In this document: positions 1 to 9,130 of the stretch, in pieces
Layout: each line of letters begins with the position of its first letter
How positions within the stretch are numbered: the first letter of the stretch is position 1
Source of the DNA: Clostridia bacterium
Lineage (GTDB): Bacteria > Bacillota > Clostridia > UBA1212 > UBA1255
Length of the DNA stretch: 64,000 bases
Direction of reading: 5' to 3'
Assembly (NCBI GenBank): GCA_017560765.1
Contig: JAFZEI010000015.1
Location: forward strand, 397-64,396
Translations under genes and position numbers: made by a program
The notes under the pieces: model-generated
Seen by the model: the letters and a program-made list of their open reading frames with translations, nothing else
What the model was told of the DNA's origin: nothing
Databases searched by the model: none

Positions 1-537
1 TATGCAAAGAAATCCTGTTGAGCATCATCTTTAGTTTTCATTACCAAAAAGTAGAACGTAATAGTATCCCCGTTTGCGAGCGTGAGCACATATCCATTGT
101 CAGGTATTGCCGGACCTGTATACGCATTTACTCTCTCTACCAGTGTTTTTTGTAATCCCCAAATATATTGGCCATCAGTGAAATTCCAAACAACGGCTTG
201 TACCGTATTTGTATCACTAAGTATGTAGCCTGATGCATCATCATATTTATAAAGTTCATCAAAACTTTGAGTAAGAAGTATCTTTATCTTTTGCGAAACA
301 TCACTACCATCAACATTACTTGTTGCTACTGACGTATCTACAGGTGTAAATACATCACCGGTGTAGGCACCCTTCTTTTTTTGATCAAGGCAAAATCCAC
401 GATAGTCATTCGAAAACAAAACGTCTGTATATCCGTTTGTCATAGATGAAGCATCATCTGCAAAAACAGGTACTACAGCTATCGAAGACAACAAAAAAAC
501 TACGGTCATTACTACACATAAAATTCTTTTTACCATC
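1..537 (-). CDS. Secreted hypothetical protein (partial; C-terminus lies beyond the window start)
   Basis: Read by eye on the minus strand. ATG at 537 is preceded by AAAGGAG. The N-terminus MVKRILCVVMTVVFLLSSIAVVPVFADDASS is a signal peptide. The frame is open to position 1. Confidence 0.5.
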
Positions 538-780
538 TACTTCACTCCTTTTTTTGGTATAACTGCAAGCAAATACACATTCATATTTGTGTATTTACAA
601 ATATCTGTTGATATATACAATCACAGCTATTATTGATTATATATCAACTTGTCTTCCACTGTCAATCTTTGGGAAACATAAAATATTCCCACTAAAAACA
701 AGAACAGCACCACTTCGCAAAAAGCTTCTGTAGTACTGTTCATCTATTATAAGTTGCTAAATTATAATTATCTTATTATA

Positions 781-978
781 TTAACAATTTTTGCAACGGT
801 AGCTTGAGCACAAACTCTCATCCTCTGTCTGAGAACAGTTCCCTTTTCTGGGTGCAACCTGAATTTCAGCTAAAGAACAAGAATGTTCTGTCTCCATATT
901 ATATATGCAGCTTTTAACGTTACACATTATTGACTGCTTTCCTGTTTTACAATTTTTCGAATCTTTACAATTGTCCAT
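781..978 (-). CDS. Small Cys-rich protein, possibly DUF1540-like (CxxC...C..I.V motifs)
   Basis: 65-aa ORF with 9 Cys. Contains IMCNVKSCIYNMETEHSCSLAEIQV, which I recall as DUF1540-like. A GGAGG RBS lies upstream and the gene sits in its own intergenic slot. Confidence 0.4.
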   Translation of the reverse strand: MDNCKDSKNCKTGKQSIMCNVKSCIYNMETEHSCSLAEIQVAPRKGNCSQTEDESLCSSYRCKNC

Positions 979-1059
979 TTCGAAGCGCCTCCGTATAATA
1001 ATTTATATCTTTTGGATACGCATTTATTATTACCTCAATACAAAAAAATATTCATCCTA

Positions 1060-1104
1060 AAAAATACAAAAAAAGACCTACAACAGTCGTTAACTATTGT
1101 AGGC
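1060..1104 (-). terminator. Rho-independent terminator downstream of pckG
   Basis: Imperfect hairpin CCTACAA...TTGTAGG followed, on the minus strand, by CTTTTTTTGTATTTTTT. Confidence 0.45.
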
Positions 1105-1137
1105 CAATATAATTTATATTTTTATAAAGAAACAGGA

Positions 1138-2895
1138 TTACATGGCAGCAATTCTTGCAGCAAGACCTTCGTACTGAGCTTGAAGCTCTGCAGGAAGTTT
1201 CTCAAACTGAGCAAGGTGAGCTTTTTGATCCTCAACTTCTTGCATCCATGACTCTTTGTCAATAGAGAGCAATTCAGCAAGAACTTCTTTAGTAATGCTT
1301 GTGCCTTCAAGATCAATATCTTCAACTTTAGGCAAGTATCCTATAGGAGACTCAACAGCGTCAACTTGATCATTGCAACGAGCAAGAATCCAAAGAAGAA
1401 CTCTGAGGTTGTCACCGAATCCGGGCCAAATGAACTTACCGTTCTCATCTACGCGGAACCAGTTAACATTGAAGATTTTCGGGGGATTAGGTATCTTTTT
1501 ACCCATCTCAAGCCAATGTTGGAAGTATTCTCCCATATTGTATCCGCAGAAAGGACGCATAGCCATAGGATCTCTTCTTACTACGCCAACTGCGCCTGTA
1601 GCTGCAGCTGTTGTCTCAGAAGCCATTGTAGCACCAACGAATACACCATGCTCCCAATCAAATGATTGATATACAAGCGGAGCAACTTTTGCACGACGAC
1701 CACCGAATACGATAGCTGAAATCGGAACGCCTGCAGGATTCTCCCACTCAGAAGAGATGCAAGGACACTGACAAGCAGGTGCTGTAAATCTTGAGTTAGG
1801 ATGAGCACCCTTTGTTCCCATATCAGGAGTCCACTCATTACCCTTCCAGTCAATTGCCTTTGCAGGAGCGTCAACGCCCATGCTCTCCCACCATACATTC
1901 TTATCAGGAGTGATAACAACGTTTGTGAAGATTGTATTTTTCTGACATGTAAGGAGCGCGTTGGGGTTAGATTTCATACTTGTTCCCGGAGCAACACCGA
2001 AGAAACCTGCCTCGGGGTTAACTGCCCAAAGTCTGCCGTCTGCGCCTATTCTAAGCCAAGCGATGTCATCGCCCACTGTCCAAACTTTATATCCCATAGC
2101 TCTGTATTTCTCAGGAGGAATAAGCATTGCAAGGTTTGTTTTACCGCAAGCACTTGGGAATGCAGCTGAAACGTATTGAATGTCACCCTTAGGACTCTCA
2201 ACGCCGAGGATGAGCATGTGCTCAGCCATCCAACCTTCTTTTCTGCCGAGCCAGCTTGCTATACGAAGAGCGAAGCATTTTTTACCGAGAAGAACGTTAC
2301 CGCCGTAACCTGAACCGATTGACCAGATTGCATTATCCTCGGGGAAGTGACAGATATATCTCTTCTCAGGATCAATCTCGCCTTTTGAATGGAGACCTTT
2401 AATGAAATTAGGTGAATCGCCAAGCATATCCATAGCAATTTTACCCATTCTTGTCATAATTCTCATGTTCAATACAACATAGATACTGTCTGTAATCTCA
2501 ATACCAACTTTGCTGAACTCTGAGAAAGCAGGTCCCATAATGTAAGGGATAACATACATTGTTCTACCCTTCATGCTGCCCTCAAAAAGTGTACCTAATT
2601 TTGCATAAGCTGCACTCTTTTCCATCCAATTGTTAATCGGGCCTGCGTCTTCTTTGTGTTCTGTGCAGATGAATGTAAGATGCTCTACTCTGGCAACGTC
2701 ATTTTCTGCTGTTCTATGATATAAACAACCGGGGAGTTTTTCTTGATCTAATTCAATCATCTCACCTGTTGAAAGAGCTTGCTTTGTTAATCTTTCACGC
2801 TCTTCTTCTGAACCGTCAATCCATACTATAGAATCCGGCTGGGTCATTTTTGCCATCTGTTCAACCCATTCGTTAACGTAAACGTTGTTATACAT
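1138..2895 (-). CDS. pckG: Phosphoenolpyruvate carboxykinase (GTP)
   Basis: 585 aa. Family hallmark stretches include GSGYGGNVLLGKKCFALRIAS, the nucleotide-binding region and the PEPCK-GTP C-terminal domain. Confidence 0.9.
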   Translation of the reverse strand: MYNNVYVNEWVEQMAKMTQPDSIVWIDGSEEERERLTKQALSTGEMIELDQEKLPGCLYHRTAENDVARVEHLTFICTEHKEDAGPINNWMEKSAAYAKLGTLFEGSMKGRTMYVIPYIMGPAFSEFSKVGIEITDSIYVVLNMRIMTRMGKIAMDMLGDSPNFIKGLHSKGEIDPEKRYICHFPEDNAIWSIGSGYGGNVLLGKKCFALRIASWLGRKEGWMAEHMLILGVESPKGDIQYVSAAFPSACGKTNLAMLIPPEKYRAMGYKVWTVGDDIAWLRIGADGRLWAVNPEAGFFGVAPGTSMKSNPNALLTCQKNTIFTNVVITPDKNVWWESMGVDAPAKAIDWKGNEWTPDMGTKGAHPNSRFTAPACQCPCISSEWENPAGVPISAIVFGGRRAKVAPLVYQSFDWEHGVFVGATMASETTAAATGAVGVVRRDPMAMRPFCGYNMGEYFQHWLEMGKKIPNPPKIFNVNWFRVDENGKFIWPGFGDNLRVLLWILARCNDQVDAVESPIGYLPKVEDIDLEGTSITKEVLAELLSIDKESWMQEVEDQKAHLAQFEKLPAELQAQYEGLAARIAAM

Positions 2896-2988
2896 GTTCC
2901 TGTCCTTCTTTCTGTTTCATTTACTCTCATAAAAGCTTTTTATAAAGCTTTCTTGCGAAATTCTATTAGCTCGCAACATATATTATAC

Positions 2989-3870
2989 TCAAAACGAAGA
3001 TTTGTGCAACAATAAATTTGAAAGCTGTCCAAATTCCTCCGGAGAAAGCACTTCTCCCCGTATTCCTGAGCTTTTTCCAATTTCTTCTATGCATTTCACT
3101 GCAGTTTCACGCGTAATTCCCAGATATTGTGCATTTGCTAAAGAGTTTGCCAGCATTTTTCGTCTTTGACAAAAAGCAGCACGCACAACTTTAAAAAAGT
3201 ACTCTTGATCGTTCAATTCAAAAGGCGGCTTCTCGCGAAGCTTCAACGTAATAACCGCCGAGTCCACATTCGGTTGCGGTATAAAACAATGCGGCGGCAC
3301 AATAAATTCTATTTCCGGTTCGGAAAAATATCCCACCGTTACGGTAAGAGCACCATAATCCTTGCCACCGGGCTTTGCAGTCATTCTTTTGGCTACTTCT
3401 TTTTGCACCATAAACGTCATAGAGCGAAGCTGCGGCATCTTATTCTCCAAAAAAGAAAAAATAATAGGTGTTGTAATGTAATACGGCAAATTTGCTACTA
3501 CCTTTACATTTTTTAATTTACCGTCAGACTCCTCTATTTTCTGTGCTACTATTTCTCTTATATTCACTTTAAGAATATCATCGTTAATAAGCTCAATATT
3601 GTTGTGCATATCGCATACAGCCTTCAAAGGCGGTATAAGATTTTTATCAATCTCAACAGCAATAACAAGCCCGGCCTCATTAGCCAGTAAATCGGTCATC
3701 ACTCCCAATCCCGGTCCAACTTCTACAACAATATCCTCTTCTGTCAAATTCGCAGAATAAACAATTTCCTGAACAACTGAAATGTCGTTCAGGAAATTTT
3801 GTCCCAGACTTTTTGAAGGCTTTATGCCGAAAAAATTCATACGATCCTTTGTATTAAACTTCTGATCCAT
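2989..3870 (-). CDS. rsmA: 16S rRNA (adenine1518/1519-N6)-dimethyltransferase
   Basis: Carries the SLGQNFL motif and a SAM-methyltransferase fold. Sits in the conserved tatD-yabE-ksgA synteny. Confidence 0.9.
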   Translation of the reverse strand: MDQKFNTKDRMNFFGIKPSKSLGQNFLNDISVVQEIVYSANLTEEDIVVEVGPGLGVMTDLLANEAGLVIAVEIDKNLIPPLKAVCDMHNNIELINDDILKVNIREIVAQKIEESDGKLKNVKVVANLPYYITTPIIFSFLENKMPQLRSMTFMVQKEVAKRMTAKPGGKDYGALTVTVGYFSEPEIEFIVPPHCFIPQPNVDSAVITLKLREKPPFELNDQEYFFKVVRAAFCQRRKMLANSLANAQYLGITRETAVKCIEEIGKSSGIRGEVLSPEEFGQLSNLLLHKSSF

Positions 3871-3903
3871 TTATTAGCCTCACTAATTTACTTTTTATTC
3901 TTT

Positions 3904-5061
3904 TTAACCTCTTAGGGCAAAAACATCCACACTTTGATCCTCAAGAACATAAACCGTTACATCACGAATACCAAAACGATTACAATCATCTTCGCTCTCC
4001 ATGAACAAATCAACTCTCATATTCTTAATTGATCCGCCCACATCCCATGCAATGCAATATCCGTAATCCGGTATACCTGCAACATTACTTTTTATATAAA
4101 GCTTTGTACCAAGAGGAATAACTCTTGTATCGACTGCCACAACACCCTCTCTTGCCCTGTTTCCGGAAGCTGTTGAATAACCCCAATTTTCAGGTGTAGG
4201 TGAATAAGCAGTAGCTACCATATCAAAAACCTTTGAATAACTGTCGTTAAAACCTCTGTTTGTTGTAAAAGAAACCTTCGTTCCCACTGCAACAACCTTA
4301 TTTACAGGCTGTGTCTTGACTTCTGAAATCAATTCTCTGGAAACTTCCTTGCCGTCTTCATATTTTACGGAATACTTTCTTGTAACAGAACCATTCTGAC
4401 CTTGAACCGCAACCTCCGACTCACCTTTATATAAAGTCGAATCCTCTACATAAACCGTCTCATACGGAATATCGGCTTTCTCTTCTACTACCTTTGTAGA
4501 TACAATCACAACGGTAATCGCATCACCGTCAGAAGCAGTCCCGTCTTGATTACCACCGTGAATTACATCGGAACCGTCAACCTTTATGCCGTTTTCCGTA
4601 AGGGCGTCCGAAATATTATCTGTATAAGTTTTGATAATTTTCTCTTCTCCGGCCATTGTAACAAGAAGTGTAATCGGTCTGGAGACGGAAATAACATCAT
4701 TTACATTATCCAAATTGCAAGTAAGGTCATAATTTATCTTATCATCTGTTGCAAGAACAATACCTGCATCCTTAATAGCCTCCGAAACTGTTTCCGCACG
4801 AGTAGTTATTTCGTAAAGCTCCCCGTCTACACTGACTGTAACTGTTCTGAAATCTTTTGTAAAAAGACATACAGCCAAACAAATAGAAACAGCCATTACG
4901 CCACAGAGGATGCCCATATATTTAACCAAACCTAAAGATTTTTTTATCGCTATGATTTGCTTTCGAATACTAATACAAATCGCTCCAATCTGTTTTTTCT
5001 TTTCGCAAGCTTTTATCTTGTTGCAAAATTTCCCAACGCGCCCTACCTCCGGCAGAGTCAC
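3904..5061 (-). CDS. yabE: YabE-like cell-wall protein (DUF348/G5/3D domains)
   Basis: N-terminal TM segment. G5-like repeats. C-terminal 3D domain (YSPTPENWGYSTASG...DYGYCIAWDVGG). Position between tatD and ksgA matches Firmicute synteny. Confidence 0.75.
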   Translation of the reverse strand: MTLPEVGRVGKFCNKIKACEKKKQIGAICISIRKQIIAIKKSLGLVKYMGILCGVMAVSICLAVCLFTKDFRTVTVSVDGELYEITTRAETVSEAIKDAGIVLATDDKINYDLTCNLDNVNDVISVSRPITLLVTMAGEEKIIKTYTDNISDALTENGIKVDGSDVIHGGNQDGTASDGDAITVVIVSTKVVEEKADIPYETVYVEDSTLYKGESEVAVQGQNGSVTRKYSVKYEDGKEVSRELISEVKTQPVNKVVAVGTKVSFTTNRGFNDSYSKVFDMVATAYSPTPENWGYSTASGNRAREGVVAVDTRVIPLGTKLYIKSNVAGIPDYGYCIAWDVGGSIKNMRVDLFMESEDDCNRFGIRDVTVYVLEDQSVDVFALRG

Positions 5062-5179
5062 GTATGCTACAATTTTAGTATAAAAACGGGAATAGTGTCA
5101 ACTTTTTATCTCTGTTTTGCAAAATTTCATGCATGATGCTCGCAACTTATACAAAAAAGCCTGTGGAAAAACCTATTTT

Positions 5180-5977
5180 TTAGTGCAATTTGCCAAAAAC
5201 TCTCAAAGCATTGTCTGTTGTTAACTCACAAATATATTCATAAGAAACATCAAGAATTTCTGCCATTCGTCTTGCCGTGTATACTGTATACGACGAATCG
5301 TTTCTTTTTCCTCTATATGGCACAGGAGTCAAATACGGGCTGTCCGTTTCAATAAGTATGCGTTCTCTTGGCATCACTTTCACAGCCTCTGCCAATTTAA
5401 CTGCATTTTTAAAAGTCAGTACTCCTCCCACTGAGAAACTCATATTAAGCTCCGCAAAATCTCTTACCATCTCTGCACTGCCGGAATAGCAATGTAATAC
5501 ATTTTCCACTTGACCGGACACATTATCTTTAAGAATATTAAGAGTATCTTGATGTGCATCCCTGTCGTGCACCACTAAAGGCAGCCTCAAGCTTTCCGAC
5601 ATACGTATATGCTCAATAAAATTAACTTTTTGCAAAGCCTTTAATCTAAGCACCTCATCAGGCTTGTCCTTAGGGAGCCAATAATAATCAAGCCCCGTTT
5701 CGCCAATACCTACCGCTTTCGGTTCGTTTTCTATAAGATTACTTATTTTGCCCAGAACCTCAGATGAATATGTTTCCGCATACTCCGGATGAATTCCCAA
5801 CACACAATAAACATTATCAAATTTCTTTGCAAGCTCTATGGATTTTACCGAGGTCTCATAATCGACGGCAGCATTTATTACATATCCTATACCCGCCTCT
5901 TTTACTCTTTCCAGGCAACTGTTTAAATCTTCTGAAAACGCATTATCATCATAATGCGCATGAACATCAATAATCAT
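5180..5977 (-). CDS. tatD: TatD family metal-dependent hydrolase/DNase
   Basis: N-terminal MIIDVHAHYDD with the HxH motif. 265 aa TIM-barrel hydrolase. Confidence 0.85.
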   Translation of the reverse strand: MIIDVHAHYDDNAFSEDLNSCLERVKEAGIGYVINAAVDYETSVKSIELAKKFDNVYCVLGIHPEYAETYSSEVLGKISNLIENEPKAVGIGETGLDYYWLPKDKPDEVLRLKALQKVNFIEHIRMSESLRLPLVVHDRDAHQDTLNILKDNVSGQVENVLHCYSGSAEMVRDFAELNMSFSVGGVLTFKNAVKLAEAVKVMPRERILIETDSPYLTPVPYRGKRNDSSYTVYTARRMAEILDVSYEYICELTTDNALRVFGKLH

Positions 5978-6006
5978 GCGAAATCACCGTTCCCCTTTAT
6001 ATTATA

Positions 6007-6792
6007 TTATTTAATGATACATTGTATACCTTCCGTTCCCTCCGGCAGAATGCTTCGTATGCAATATGTACCATCAGTATCACGGGCGCATTCAATCTTA
6101 ACGCTTCTGTTTGATTCAGGCTTTGCTATATATTCTGCAAAAGAAATTTCATGCTTGTATTTAATATCAATTACAGAAATACTGTTCCCCTCTGCAAAAA
6201 ATTCTATCGGCAAAGCTTCCTCAGCCCACTCCACGTATTTTGCATTATTTACATGTCTGTTATAGTCAAAATCAGCATACGACGGAATTCTCGTGCGCTC
6301 TCCCACTTTTGAAACATCAAAAACTTCAGGTGAATACATAGCACCCTTTGGCATTGCAAAAGGTTCCTCTTTCGAGATAATCTCCGGGAATGCAATATTA
6401 CATTCCGAAGGTCTTAAAACAGAACGCTTAGATACATCAAACAAGGCCCACTGTGAAACAGCGCTGCCATAAACATTTCCTTTTAAATCCTCAACTGTAA
6501 AATAACGAGTAAAAATAACTTTCATGTTCTTGTTGGGCCAAGTTCTGATAACGATTTCCTCTCCGGCTCCCGGATGCCTTTGCATCTCAAAACGCATACG
6601 CGACAAAATATAACAAGCATTATACTTTTTCATTAGGTCGCCCCAGCCGCAGCCAAATTCAACACATTGAGCATTGGCAGTATCTTGCACAATTGCAAAA
6701 ACGGCAGACATTTTTATCTTGTTATTCATATCTACATCACGAGCAACTATCTGTCTTATTTCTGAATAAGTACCATCAGCATTCTGTCCCAC
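6007..6792 (-). CDS. Acyl-ACP thioesterase (FatA/FatB-like, tandem hotdog)
   Basis: C-terminal hotdog motif DFDYNRHVNNAKYVEWA, an N-terminal hotdog half, 261 aa. A TTGACA-17-TATCAT-like promoter lies upstream. Confidence 0.65.
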   Translation of the reverse strand: MGQNADGTYSEIRQIVARDVDMNNKIKMSAVFAIVQDTANAQCVEFGCGWGDLMKKYNACYILSRMRFEMQRHPGAGEEIVIRTWPNKNMKVIFTRYFTVEDLKGNVYGSAVSQWALFDVSKRSVLRPSECNIAFPEIISKEEPFAMPKGAMYSPEVFDVSKVGERTRIPSYADFDYNRHVNNAKYVEWAEEALPIEFFAEGNSISVIDIKYKHEISFAEYIAKPESNRSVKIECARDTDGTYCIRSILPEGTEGIQCIIK

Positions 6793-6922
6793 AAAAACAC
6801 TTCCTTCTCATAAACCAAAAAACTTCATCTCCGATAAAACAGAGACGAAGTAAAAAATACTCGATTATGATACCCTAAAAATTTTTTCATGTCAACGTGT
6901 AAGGAGCAACAGCCTGCCTTTT

Positions 6923-9130
6923 TCAGATTAATATCTTATGCACTTTTCCGTCATCTTCCAATTTTATTGTTTTGCATCCTTTTGATTTTACAGTAATGAT
7001 ATATACAGAATTTTTATATTTATATTCTATTGTATATTCCTTCCACTCATCCGGAATGTTTGCGTTCAATACTATTTCTGCTTTACCCTTAATTTCACTG
7101 TTTTTCACTGTAAATCCCAAAATATCTTCAAGAATCACCTGATACAGCCATGAGGACGAACCTGTATACCAAGTCCAACCGCCGCGACCAATATTTTCAT
7201 CGCTGTAAATATCTGCTGCAACAGCATAAGGTTCCGTTTTATAACGCGCAACTTCCAATTCTGTCCTGGTATGATTTATAGGGTTTATTACATCTACCAT
7301 ACGTCTTCCTTTTTTAGCAAAATCATCTCCCATTTTAAGAAATGCTTTTGCCAACCAAACTGCCCCATGGGTGTATTGTGCACCATTCTCACGTATTCCG
7401 GCAGGATATGACGCAATATAACCCACATCTTCAATAGAATCAGCAGAAAAAGGAGGCGTGAGCAGCTTTATTATTCCGTTGTTATAATCTGCCAAAAAGC
7501 GTTCCGCAGACAAAAGAGCAGTCTTGCACCTTTCTTTATTTCCAAAGCCGCTTAACACTGCCCATGATTGAGCTATGGAGTCTATCATACATTCTCCCGA
7601 ACGGTGGCTGCCTAAAACCCTCCCGTTATCACAAAACGCACGAATATACCAATTGCCATCCCAAGCATGTTTTTCTATGGCATCGGCAATTTTTTTTGTT
7701 TCCGTTTGCAATCTATGCCTGTCTACCTTTGCAGATTGAGACAGAAGCGACATTTTATCCAAGGCCTTTAGGCAATAACATAAGAACCAGCCGAGCCAGA
7801 CACTTTCGCCTTTACCTTGAATGCCCACGCGGTTCATTCCGTCGTTCCAATCACCGCCCATTATAAGCGGAATACCATGTTCTCCGTATCTCATTGCGTG
7901 CCTGCATGCCAACAGGCAATGGGAAAACAGACTCTCGCTTTTTTCAGATACCTCAGGTATCTCATATCTGTCAATTTCGTTAAAATCAAGAGATTTACTC
8001 TTAATATACGGTACTTTTATATCAAGAATCCCACTGTCTCCCGTAACTTCTATATAGCGAAAAGTCACGTAAACGAGCCACAGTAAATCGTCGCTGTATC
8101 TGCTGCGTATACCTGCATTTTCCGGAGGATGCCACCAATGTTGTACATCGCCTTCCTCATACTGTCTTGAGGCATGCAGTAAAATGCGCTCTTTAACTTT
8201 CTGCGGGTCTGTACATAAAAGGGCAAGGCTGTCTTGAAGTTGGTCTCTAAAACCATAAGCACCGCCGCATTGATAAAAAGCAGTTCTGCCATTTAAGCGG
8301 CAACTAACAGTTTGGTACAAAAGCCAACCGTTCATCATAACATTTATGCTCTTTTCCGGCGTAGTTATGCGAATTCGTCCTAAATATTCTGACCAATAAT
8401 CTTTTACTTTTTCAAGCGCCTCACTGCATGCTTCATATCTGGTATATTCTTGTAAAACAGTCTTATTGTCTGACAGTAGCAAAACACCTTTCCATGTATC
8501 ACCTTTAGAAACAGCCTTTCGTATATTTTCCGCCGAGGAATACATCTCGTGCCTGTATGGTGTTTCAACGGAATACTTTAGAGACAATTTCTTTTCTTTC
8601 TCCGACGTAATTTCAAAAAGCGTTATTTTAACACCTTTGTTTATTGGTACAAATGTTGTAAAACACCACTCTATTCCGTTATATTCTCCTTTAAAGGATG
8701 AATATCCATAGCCATGATGTGTTATGCAATTTGAAAAAGGAGAAATGGAATTTTCTCCTTCTTCTGTAAATTCTGTAATTTCTATACGTTCATCAGATAA
8801 ATCCTCCAGAGGATCGCAATACCAGCGAGTTATAGGATTTTCTCTGCTGTTTCCATGCCAAACGTAACCTCCGCCTTTTTCTGAAATAATAAAGCCAAAC
8901 GGTTCTCCTTCAGCAGCAGAGATGCAATTAATCCAAGGTACAGGAGGACTTTTATATATAATATATTCTCCTGACGATGTATCAAAACCACCAAATCCAT
9001 TGTTAAATTCCAAATTACCGTAATTAAAATTCCTTTTCACAAGCAGCACTCCCAATTTTTTATCATAGCCAAAAGACAAGATTTGATGCTTCAATGATTG
9101 GTGCAGCTCCGTTACTGTCTTTAGGCACAA
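6923..9130 (-). CDS. Cyclic beta-1,2-glucan synthase-like protein, C-terminal GH94 (glucan phosphorylase-like) part; probably the same gene split by a frameshift
   Basis: GH94 catalytic-region motifs (GGDWNDGMNRVG, (alpha/alpha)6-barrel-like sequence). No credible ATG or RBS at its 5' end. Its open frame begins inside the 3' end of the upstream ORF. Confidence 0.65.
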   Translation of the reverse strand: MCLKTVTELHQSLKHQILSFGYDKKLGVLLVKRNFNYGNLEFNNGFGGFDTSSGEYIIYKSPPVPWINCISAAEGEPFGFIISEKGGGYVWHGNSRENPITRWYCDPLEDLSDERIEITEFTEEGENSISPFSNCITHHGYGYSSFKGEYNGIEWCFTTFVPINKGVKITLFEITSEKEKKLSLKYSVETPYRHEMYSSAENIRKAVSKGDTWKGVLLLSDNKTVLQEYTRYEACSEALEKVKDYWSEYLGRIRITTPEKSINVMMNGWLLYQTVSCRLNGRTAFYQCGGAYGFRDQLQDSLALLCTDPQKVKERILLHASRQYEEGDVQHWWHPPENAGIRSRYSDDLLWLVYVTFRYIEVTGDSGILDIKVPYIKSKSLDFNEIDRYEIPEVSEKSESLFSHCLLACRHAMRYGEHGIPLIMGGDWNDGMNRVGIQGKGESVWLGWFLCYCLKALDKMSLLSQSAKVDRHRLQTETKKIADAIEKHAWDGNWYIRAFCDNGRVLGSHRSGECMIDSIAQSWAVLSGFGNKERCKTALLSAERFLADYNNGIIKLLTPPFSADSIEDVGYIASYPAGIRENGAQYTHGAVWLAKAFLKMGDDFAKKGRRMVDVINPINHTRTELEVARYKTEPYAVAADIYSDENIGRGGWTWYTGSSSWLYQVILEDILGFTVKNSEIKGKAEIVLNANIPDEWKEYTIEYKYKNSVYIITVKSKGCKTIKLEDDGKVHKILI

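Noticed and set aside
1012-1325. ORFs 1012..1251(+) and 1122..1325(-) overlapping the 3' end of pckG
   Set aside because: They lie inside or antisense to a strongly supported PEPCK gene and the pckG terminator, have AT-rich low-complexity translations, and lack an RBS.
2989-5977. tatD-yabE-ksgA block as a candidate novel system
   Set aside because: This is the standard conserved housekeeping synteny of Firmicutes. Nothing about it is unusual.
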